This document shows positions 1 to 8,117 of a stretch of DNA of 64,000 nt, piece by piece. The notes beneath the pieces were generated by a model, which was given only the letters and a program-made list of their open reading frames with translations, did no database searches and was not told where the DNA came from. The DNA is from Planctomycetota bacterium (GTDB lineage Bacteria > Planctomycetota > SZUA-567 > H5-PLA8). Position 1 is the first letter of the stretch. Every line of letters begins with the position of its first letter. The DNA lies in NCBI GenBank assembly GCA_045863855.1, contig BTVV01000009.1:1-64000 (forward strand), in the 5' to 3' direction. Position numbers and translations under genes: made by a program.

Positions 1-126
1 GATGGCGGCCGGACGTCTCCCGTTGGTCGACGTGACAGGGTTCTCGCAACTCGCTACTGATGGCGGCCGGACGTCTCCCGTTGGTCGACGTGACAGGGTT
101 CTCGCGCCTCGCAACTCGCAACTCGC
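1..126. repeat. Tandem duplication (47 bp exact, 58-bp period) followed by CTCGCAA heptamer repeats; REP-like
   Basis: 1-47 is identical to 59-105 (GATGGCGGCCGGACGTCTCCCGTTGGTCGACGTGACAGGGTTCTCGC). CTCGCAA occurs at 43-49, 108-114 and 115-121. Confidence 0.85.
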
Positions 127-222
127 TGCCGTCGCGCTACAGACACCGCTTCAGCACCGCTTCCGGCGCGGCGGCGGAATATCCTGACGGCGCTGCGGAC
201 GTTCTCGCTGCTGATCCTTCTA

Positions 223-2295
223 TTGATGATTCTGGGTCCGGCGCTGCGCTTGCCGCGGGCGAAGGACGACGAGACGTTCGTGGCGCTGATGCTGGACCAT
301 TCGCGAAGCATGTCGATCGAGGACGCGGCGAACGGGCGTTCGCGCTTCGTGGCGGCGAAGGAATTGCTGGCCGGGCCGGGCGGCGACGGTGAGGGCGGCT
401 TGGCGGGAAAGCTGGCTTCGACGTGCGCGCTGCGGGTCTTCGAGTTCGACGACGATGCGCGGCGCTGGCGGCCGCCGGGCGCGGAAGCGCCGGATGGCGA
501 TCGGACGAACCTGTACCGTTCGGTGCGTGACGTGGAGCAGGAGTTGCGCGGGGTGCCGCTGGCAGCGGTGGTGCTGCTGGGCGACGGCGGGCATAACGCG
601 GGCGGCGTGCCGCTGGACATCGCCCGGCATTTGAAATCCCGCGAGACGAAATTTTACGCGGTTGGCTACGGTTCGCCGAATCCTCCGCAGGATTACGAAG
701 TGGTGCGCGTGGCATCTCCGCGCGAGGTGCGGCGCAACACGACCGTCGACGCCTTCGCCACCGTGCGCGCGACGGGCTTCAGCGAAGAGTTCACGGTGTA
801 CCTCAAACATGCCGAGGCCGAAGGCGTGCTGGGTTCGGTGAAGGTCCAGCCGCAGGCTGGGCAGGATATGTATCGCGTGCATTTCCGCTTCTACCCCGAC
901 AAGGCGGGCCTGCAGAAGTACCAGGTTTTCATCAAGCCCGACCCGAAGGAACGGATCGCCGAGAACAATTCGTTCGAGCTGGCGGTGGACGTAAAGGAAG
1001 GCCGCCTGCCGGTGCTGTACGTGGAAGGCAGCCCGCGGACGGAGTTCCGTTTCATCCGGCGCGCGCTTTTCCGCGACCCGGATTTCCGGATCGTCTCGAT
1101 CCTGCGCACGGGCGAAGGGCAAGCCTACGTGCAGGGCGGCGAAGACATGCCGGAGCTGGCCAAGGGTTTCCCGGCAACGAAAGAGCTGCTCTATAAGTTC
1201 GAAGCCGTGATCTTCGGGGACATCGAGGCGGAGTATTTCACGAAGGACCAGTTGGCGCTGCTGGAAGGGTTCGTGCGGGAGCGCGGGGGCGGGTTCGCGA
1301 TGCTGGGCGGCGTCAACTCGTTCAACCTGGGCGGTTACCAGGGTGGCGCGGTGGAGAAGATGCTGCCGGTGACGCTGGGCGGGAAGAACGATTCGTATTC
1401 GGACGAGCACTTCAAGCTCGCCGTGCCCGAAGACGCGTTGAAGCATCCGATTCTGCATCAGGACGACGATCCTGACGAAAACCGCAAGATCTGGCAGCAG
1501 GTGCCCGAACTGAAGGGCTACAACGTCGTGATGGACCTGAAGAGCGGCGCGCAGTTGCTGGGGCGCAACCCCGGGACGGGGAAGCCGATCCTGGCGGTGC
1601 AGAGCTACGGGCTGGGGCGCGTGGCGGCGTTCGCGACGGGCGGAAGCTGGTACTGGCGCATGTCGGTGACGACGGACGTGGAGATTCAGGAGAAGTTCTG
1701 GCGGCAGCTCGTGCGCTGGCTGGCCGTGGGCAGCAAAGAGAAGGTTTCGGTGAGCCTGGACCGCGATATCTACGCGAAGGGCGAGCACGTGATCATCCGC
1801 GCGACGGTGTTGGACCCGGCGCTGGAAGCGGTGAACGACGCGGCGGTGAAGGCGATCGTGAAGGATCCGTTCGGGAACGAAGAGGAGTTGGAACTGCCCT
1901 GGGTGCTGACGCAGGACGGGGTGTACCAAGCTCGGTACATTCCGCGCGATCACGGCGACTTCCAGGTGACGGTGAAGGCGGAAAGTTCGCGCCTGCCCAA
2001 CGGAGGCGAAGCGGGGACCGGATTCGCGGTGACGCGGCCGTTCCTGGAGTTCAACCAAGCGGGGCTCAACGAGACGCTCCTTTCGGACATGGCGCGGATC
2101 ACCGGCGGCGCGTACTTCTCGGAAGCCGACGGCGCGAAGGTGGCCGGCGAGATCGAATCGCTCTTGCGCAAGCGGCAGCAGGGCGGCGCGTATGTGGAAG
2201 AGAAGGATCTCTGGGACGCGCCGGTCTTTTTTCTGGCGCTGATCGTGCTGTTGGGCGCGGAGTGGAGTTTGCGCCGGCGGGCGGGGTTGGCGTAG
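223..2295 (+). CDS. Membrane-anchored VWA + Ig-like + glutamine-amidotransferase-like (DUF1355-type) protein; true 5' end appears missing
   Basis: MIDAS-like DHSRSMS, LLGDG, 'FVRERGGGFAMLGG', and a C-terminal TM ending EWSLRRRAGLA. The frame is open from 94 with a TM-like segment (ILTALRTFSLLILLLMILG) but has no start codon before 223. Confidence 0.8.
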   Translation: MMILGPALRLPRAKDDETFVALMLDHSRSMSIEDAANGRSRFVAAKELLAGPGGDGEGGLAGKLASTCALRVFEFDDDARRWRPPGAEAPDGDRTNLYRSVRDVEQELRGVPLAAVVLLGDGGHNAGGVPLDIARHLKSRETKFYAVGYGSPNPPQDYEVVRVASPREVRRNTTVDAFATVRATGFSEEFTVYLKHAEAEGVLGSVKVQPQAGQDMYRVHFRFYPDKAGLQKYQVFIKPDPKERIAENNSFELAVDVKEGRLPVLYVEGSPRTEFRFIRRALFRDPDFRIVSILRTGEGQAYVQGGEDMPELAKGFPATKELLYKFEAVIFGDIEAEYFTKDQLALLEGFVRERGGGFAMLGGVNSFNLGGYQGGAVEKMLPVTLGGKNDSYSDEHFKLAVPEDALKHPILHQDDDPDENRKIWQQVPELKGYNVVMDLKSGAQLLGRNPGTGKPILAVQSYGLGRVAAFATGGSWYWRMSVTTDVEIQEKFWRQLVRWLAVGSKEKVSVSLDRDIYAKGEHVIIRATVLDPALEAVNDAAVKAIVKDPFGNEEELELPWVLTQDGVYQARYIPRDHGDFQVTVKAESSRLPNGGEAGTGFAVTRPFLEFNQAGLNETLLSDMARITGGAYFSEADGAKVAGEIESLLRKRQQGGAYVEEKDLWDAPVFFLALIVLLGAEWSLRRRAGLA

Positions 2296-2447
2296 GCCTG
2301 AGGGTTGGGAGAAGGGCACGACGTAAAAAGTAATGAACGGCGCCGAACGCCGAAGGGTAAGAGATAAGGTTGAGCGGGATGAGCGGGCGGAGCTTTTCTG
2401 TTTGGTTTTTTGAATGTTCAATTCCTTTCGGTGTTTAGGAACGGCGC

Positions 2448-3494
2448 ATGAAATTCGTGTGGCTCAAGGTGGTGCTGGCGCTATGGGCAGGCGCCGCGGC
2501 GTTGCAGGCCGGTGAGGCGGCAAAGGCGCATGCGTTGATCGTGGCCGGCGAAAGCGGCGAGGCGCCGTTCACCACGCTTTTTCCGGAATGGGCGCAACGC
2601 TTTCAAACGCTGCTGACGGCGAAGGCGGGGATCGCTCCGGAGCGCGTGGCGGTTCTGGTGGAGCAGCCGGATGCGTTGAAGAGCGTGGCGCGCGGGCCGT
2701 CGACGCTGGCGGAGGTGAAGAAGGCGCTGGCGGGCTGGGCGGCCGAGGTGAAGCCCGGCGACGCGGTGGTGGTGGTTCTGCTGGGGCACGGGACGGGAGA
2801 TGCGGGCGGCTCGAAGTTGTGTCTGGCCGGTCCCGATCTGACGGCGGCGGAGCTGGCGGAAGCGCTGAAGCAGGTGCCTACGCGGGACGTGTGCGTGGTG
2901 CACGCGGGTTCGGCGTCGCACGGTTTCGTGGCCGCGCTGAGCCATCCGGACCGGATCGTAATTGCTTCGACGAATAACCCGGGGCAAGGCAACGCGACCT
3001 ACTTCGCGGAGTTTTTCCTGCGCGCGTGGGAGCAGCCGGGGGCGGATGCGAACGGTAACGGCAAGGTGGAGTGGCTGGAGCTGTTCAACCGTTCGGCGCA
3101 GGAGTGCGCGAAGTGGTATCTGCGGCAATACTACGACGGAAAAGAGTGGCGCACGGAAGGGAAGCAATCGCGGGCGCTGTGGCAGAAGTTCTACGGTTCG
3201 AATCCGGAGAAGAAGATGGGCGCTCCGATGGACCCCGAGGCGGAGGACGCCGAGCCGCAGTTGGGCGAGTGGGGCGAACAATGGATGGGTCGGCGGATGT
3301 GCACGGAGTTCGCGCAATTGGACGACAACGGGGACCGGGTGGGCAGCGCGGTCTTCAACAACACAGCGCTCACGCCGCTGAAAGGGAGCGAGCCCGGCGA
3401 AGACGGGAAGCAGGCGTCGGCGGCGGTTCCGGGCCAGCCGCGCGGGCTGGCGGGGCTGCCGGAGTTCAAAGATCCCGAGCAGAAGTCGCCGTGA
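2448..3494 (+). CDS. Secreted caspase/legumain (clan CD)-fold protein, catalytic Cys apparently replaced
   Basis: Signal peptide; ALIVAG first strand; LLGHG His-Gly motif; HAGSASHGF at the expected Cys position; EF-hand-like DANGNGKVEWLE. Confidence 0.65.
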   Translation: MKFVWLKVVLALWAGAAALQAGEAAKAHALIVAGESGEAPFTTLFPEWAQRFQTLLTAKAGIAPERVAVLVEQPDALKSVARGPSTLAEVKKALAGWAAEVKPGDAVVVVLLGHGTGDAGGSKLCLAGPDLTAAELAEALKQVPTRDVCVVHAGSASHGFVAALSHPDRIVIASTNNPGQGNATYFAEFFLRAWEQPGADANGNGKVEWLELFNRSAQECAKWYLRQYYDGKEWRTEGKQSRALWQKFYGSNPEKKMGAPMDPEAEDAEPQLGEWGEQWMGRRMCTEFAQLDDNGDRVGSAVFNNTALTPLKGSEPGEDGKQASAAVPGQPRGLAGLPEFKDPEQKSP

Positions 3495-3496
3495 GC

Positions 3497-5536
3497 ATGC
3501 GCCGGGTGTGCGTGGGTGCGCTGTTAGCGGCGTGGCTGAGTTCCGTGGGGGCTTAGGCGGGCGCCCCCGCGACGCCGGCGGAACCGCCTCGGCTGGTCTG
3601 GCGGGCCGAGACGCGCGTGAAGCGCGCCGAAGGGGTCTTTCCCGATCCCAGCGATCCTGACCGAGTGCTGGTGGCCACGCGCCTGGGGCTGGCCGAGACG
3701 CGCGACGACGGACAATCCTGGACCGACATCCCGAATACCGGGCGCGCCGAACTGGGGCGCATCGCGGATCTGCGCTTCTGCGCGCAGGATCCTCGATTGG
3801 CGTTTTTGGGCAGCCGCGAACTGGGGGTCTTCCGTTCGGAAGACGGCGGGCGGACGTGGTCGAACGCCGGAAACGCGGATAAGGGCCTGGCCGACAACAA
3901 GGTCGCCAAGCTGGTGATGTACCCGGGCGATCTTTCGCGCCGCACGATTTACGTGACGCACGGCGAAGGCGTGGGAGGCTTGAGCAAGAGCGTCGACGGC
4001 GGGAAGACGTGGACGGTGCTGGCGCCTAAGCAGTACGCGGAAGAGCTGGTTTTTCAGGGCACCAAGGCGTTTGCGGGCGGGGGTGCGCTGGAAGAGCCGG
4101 ACATCTGGGGCGTGTACCGGAGCATCGACGGCGGGCGTTTCTGGGGCGAATTGGCGCGCGATATCAGGCCGCTTTCGAGCCTTTCGTCCGCGGCGTCGGG
4201 CGACGAGCCGCTCTTTGGGCTGCGCGGCGGGCGGCTGATGCACGCGGAGAGCGGCGACCGCTTCGGTCCGGAAGAGCCGGGTCAATGGGTCTCGCTGTTC
4301 GCGGCGCCGGGGAACGGCAAGGCGGGTCTATGGCTGTATGCGTACGATCCCTTCAAGCACGGGCTGATCGTGAGCGGGGATGGGTTCAAGACGTACCGCG
4401 CGGAGAACGAAGGGTTGTACGTCGACGCGCTGGTAAAGTCGGGGGCGAGCGCTGCGGCGAACGCGAACGGATCGACGATTTACGTGAGCGTAAACGGGCA
4501 GCTTTACGTGGGGCGCGCGGTATATCCGACGGGTCCGATCTTGTCGCGCGCGAAGGCCGATCCGGGCACGCTGGAGCTGCCGTACTACAGTTACCTGAGC
4601 TACATGGGCGGGTTGCGCGCGCAGCTTCAGAAGCTGGCTTCGGCGCGGCATGCGGGCCGGATGGCGGTGGGAATGCAGGAAAAGGCGAAGAAGCTGGCGG
4701 CGTGGTCGGACGGGACGCCGGTGGCGTTCCGGGTGGCGGTGAAGCCGGGCGAGAGCGGATCGCCGGTGAAGGAAGTGCGGCTGGACTTGAGTCCCTTGCA
4801 AGGTCCGGGTTCGGCGGTGTTGTTGGACGACGGGCAGCACGGCGACGGCGCGGCGGGGGACGGGATTTACGGCTGCGTGCATGCGCTGCGCCCGCGCGCG
4901 GTGGCGCTTTCGGAGCAGAACGGGGGCGGGCTTCCGGGTTCGATCGTGCTGCGCGCGACGGCAACGGACGAAGCGGGCAAGTCGAACACGGCGGCGCTGG
5001 TATTCGCGGCATGGCCGCGGCGCGAACACGTGGGCTTCTGGGACGGCGAGGACAACAGTTGGGGCCGCGCACTGGCGGCGGAAGGCGACTGCGAACTGGC
5101 CGCGCACGAAGCGGAAGCGCATTCGGGGTCTCGCTGCCTGCGGGCATTTTCGCGCGGCGGCGCGTGGAGCATCGGCTGGGGCGTCGATGCGTGGGGCGAC
5201 GGCGGCGGCGCGGGGCGCAATCTTTCGGCTCAGGATACGCTGGTGCTGTGGATCAAGACGCCGCAGCCGGATACGCGCGACGTGAAGATACAACTGATGG
5301 ACATGACCGACCACTGGACCGGCGCGAATCGCTCGAAGGAAGCGTGGCTGATCAAGGACGGTTACGTCAAGAGCTTCAGCGGCGCGTGGCAGGAAGTGCG
5401 CATTCCGATGCGGCGGCTGGCCGAAGGATCGGCGTTTTTCGCGGACAAATGCGGCGCGATCCTTTTGGGCGGCGACGATCCTGAAGGGCAGGCGTTCCTG
5501 GTGGACGATGTGAGCTTCGAGGTGGAAGGACCGTAA
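3497..5536 (+). pseudogene. Secreted BNR/Asp-box beta-propeller + choice-of-anchor-X-like + CBM-like protein, interrupted by in-frame TAG at 3554-3556 (nonsense mutation or sequence error)
   Basis: ATG 3497 encodes signal peptide MRRVCVGALLAAWLSSVGA, then TAG, then the same frame continues into ORF 3617-5536. Asp boxes (TRDDGQSW, SEDGGRTW, SVDGGKTW, SIDGGRFW); LLDDGQHGDGAAGDGIYG; C-terminal WQEVRIPM beta-sandwich. Confidence 0.7.
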
Positions 5537-5649
5537 CGGGTGACGCGTGAAACGCGGAACGCGCCGGGTCCGGCAGCGCGGGGCGAGTTCGCTTTACGTT
5601 ATAGGGCAGGTACACGGGATTCGATGCAGGCGTTGTTCTGGAGACGGCC

Positions 5650-7113
5650 ATGACGGTGCGCGGCGGTTTGCTTGTACTGGCGATGCTTGGCGCGGTTTCC
5701 GCCGCCGGCGGAGAGGATTGGCACAAGGACTATCAGGAGCTGCGCACGCTGCGCGATCAAAACAAGTGGCAGCAGGCGCTGGTGAAGGGCCGCGAGATGT
5801 ACGGCACGTTCGCGATGGATCCGAACAAGATCCGTGAGATCGCGGAGTTGATGGGCGATGCGTGCCGCCGCGGCAAGGAATGGGATCAGGCGGTGCGGGT
5901 GTACGCGGAGTACGCGGAGAAGGTTCCGGGCGACGAGAAGGCGAAGCAGTGGTCGCTGAAGGCGCAGGCGGATACGGAGCGCGATGGGCAGCGCAACGAG
6001 AAGGCGCTGGCGGCGTATCAGAAGATACTCGACACGTACCCGAAGGCCGGCCCGCTCTGCGCGGACGCTCGGTTGCAGCGAGGGTACATCCACAAAGACC
6101 GCACCCGCGATTACGAAGCGGCGATCGCGGAACTCGTCCAGGTCGAGCAGACCGATAATCAGGACCGCGCGCGGTTGTCGTCGGCTCTGATGGGCATGGC
6201 GGATTGCCATCTGGTTCAGAAGCGTCCGGCGGAGGCGCTGGCGCTGTATAAGCGCGTGCTGACGGATTTCGTGAAGGATCAGCCGCATTGGACGCTTCGC
6301 GGCGCGAAGGGCAATTCGATCCGTGCGATCAACGAGGGGCAACTTTGGGCGGACGGCGTTCCGTTTCTGGCCCAGTTGGAAGCGCAGGAGACGGACTGGA
6401 AGTTCAAGAGCGAACTGGGGCTGCACCGTTCGAACGCGCTGCGGGCGTCGGGGCAGCGGGAGGCGGCGTTGAGCGCATACGCGCAATGCCAGGCGGCGTA
6501 TCCCAACGAAGCGGATTACCTGTACGAGTGCCAGAAGCAGATCGTGGCGCTGTGGGTGGAGCAGCAGAAGTTCACGGAATCGCTGGCGCACGCGAAGCTG
6601 CTCTTCGCGCTGGCCAACGACGACAAGCGGATCGTGGAAGCATGCACGATCGTCGCGGGCTGTCTGAAAGCGATCGACAGTAATCTGGAGCGCGCGAATG
6701 CGTTCCTGCGCTTTCAGAAATGGGGCCCGTTGGGCGTGGACGGGAAACCCGGCACGGACGACCTGGCCGATCCGCTGATGAAGGTGGCGTATCCGTCGGA
6801 ACCGGAGCGGACGAAGCTGCTGCAGGACGGACTGGCGAAGACGGGCGACAGCGACGGGGGCGCCCGGCAGCGCGCGTTCTTGAACCTTCTGCTGGGCCGC
6901 CCGAAGGAGGCGCTGGCGGAGTTCCGGGCGCAGTTCGCGCTGTGCGACGACGCGAATTTGCAGCGCGCGGCGCAGGAGTGGGTGCTGGTCGGGGTGAAGA
7001 CCGTGCAGGGCCATACGACCGGGCTGAAGCCGTTCTACGATTGGCTGAATTACGGCGCGGCCGGTCCGGAAGGGAAGGGCGGCGCGACGGATCCTTTCAA
7101 AGGGCTGGAGTAG
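5650..7113 (+). CDS. Secreted TPR-repeat protein
   Basis: Signal peptide; TPR-like helices (ALAAYQKILDTYP, ALALYKRVLTDF, ALSAYAQCQAAYP). Confidence 0.8.
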   Translation: MTVRGGLLVLAMLGAVSAAGGEDWHKDYQELRTLRDQNKWQQALVKGREMYGTFAMDPNKIREIAELMGDACRRGKEWDQAVRVYAEYAEKVPGDEKAKQWSLKAQADTERDGQRNEKALAAYQKILDTYPKAGPLCADARLQRGYIHKDRTRDYEAAIAELVQVEQTDNQDRARLSSALMGMADCHLVQKRPAEALALYKRVLTDFVKDQPHWTLRGAKGNSIRAINEGQLWADGVPFLAQLEAQETDWKFKSELGLHRSNALRASGQREAALSAYAQCQAAYPNEADYLYECQKQIVALWVEQQKFTESLAHAKLLFALANDDKRIVEACTIVAGCLKAIDSNLERANAFLRFQKWGPLGVDGKPGTDDLADPLMKVAYPSEPERTKLLQDGLAKTGDSDGGARQRAFLNLLLGRPKEALAEFRAQFALCDDANLQRAAQEWVLVGVKTVQGHTTGLKPFYDWLNYGAAGPEGKGGATDPFKGLE

Positions 7114-7167
7114 GCGGAAGGCTCAAGCGCGGCCTTCGGAGTGTCGAATAAGTCAGGGAAACGGCGT

Positions 7168-7896
7168 ATGAAATTTGGCTCTTGGATCTGCATTTTCCTG
7201 TGCGCCGCGCTGTGCTCGGGGCTTGTTCACGGGCAGGAGGAGGCCGGCGGCGAGGAGGTTCCGGCGGGCGACCCGGCGGCGGAAGCGGCGGCGTTGCGGG
7301 ATTTGCAGACGACGCTGGAGAAGCTTGCGGCGGACGGGACGGAGCATCCGCGCGACCGGGAGTACGCCCTTCAAGCGCTTGCGCGTGTGCGGCGCGCACT
7401 GGGTTCGTGGGGCGAGAGCGCGGCGTATTACGACGGTTTGCTCTCGCAGTGGCTTCCGGATCAATTAGCGGGGCCGGTGGTTTCGGGCGCGGTGACGGCG
7501 CGCAAGAGCAAGGACGGCGCGATTCAGGCGGCCCTGGAATTCTTCAAAAAAGAAGGCGCTGAATTCGCAAAGCACTCGGGCGCGGTGGCCCAGGCGATGC
7601 AGCGTTCGCAGCAGCATATCGAGAAGGCGTCCAAATCCTTGGAGTCCGGCGCCAAGGAGCGGGATTTGAAGCTCAAGCCATTGCCCGGCGTACGAGCGAA
7701 AGATCCGGGCGATCCGCTCTGGGTAATCCCGGAGCCGGCGTGGCTCGCGCCGCCGCCGGCTCCCAAGAAAGCTCCGCCGCCCGATGCGCCGCTGCCCGGC
7801 GCCAACCAACTGCCTTGGAACCGCCCGCCGGGCTTGCAAGCGCTGGGACCGGCGATGGTGAAGTTGGTGGAAGGGATCGGGGAAGTGAAGAAGTAA
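7168..7896 (+). CDS. Secreted hypothetical protein, helical with Pro-rich C-terminus
   Basis: ATG 7168 gives signal peptide MKFGSWICIFLCAALCSGLVHG; host-like codon usage; same orientation as neighbours. Confidence 0.65.
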   Translation: MKFGSWICIFLCAALCSGLVHGQEEAGGEEVPAGDPAAEAAALRDLQTTLEKLAADGTEHPRDREYALQALARVRRALGSWGESAAYYDGLLSQWLPDQLAGPVVSGAVTARKSKDGAIQAALEFFKKEGAEFAKHSGAVAQAMQRSQQHIEKASKSLESGAKERDLKLKPLPGVRAKDPGDPLWVIPEPAWLAPPPAPKKAPPPDAPLPGANQLPWNRPPGLQALGPAMVKLVEGIGEVKK

Positions 7897-8117
7897 TAGG
7901 TAGAGCGTAAAAAGTATCGGCAAGTAAACGGCGCCGGGCGGTATTCGCGCGAACTTCATACCTTCAACCGAGTCGATGAGCATGGGCGCTGCTTTCGGGC
8001 GGGGCTGGGGAGCGACACGGCTCGAAACAGGGTGGGGGATGGCGGCTTGTAGGAGGATGGAGGTTGGTGGAAACTGGGGAGCGGTAGGCGGTTCCGAAGG
8101 GCGGCTATAAACACGGG

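Noticed and set aside
1..126. CRISPR array
   Set aside because: Only two 47-bp copies separated by 11 bp, no unique 30-40-bp spacers and no cas genes.
220..2421. Long antisense and alternate-frame ORFs (also 9210-11138, 14815-16863, 36401-39058, 39305-42112 and others)
   Set aside because: Shadow ORFs expected in GC-rich DNA with strong codon bias: Arg/Pro/His-rich, no motifs, and fully overlapping well-supported genes.
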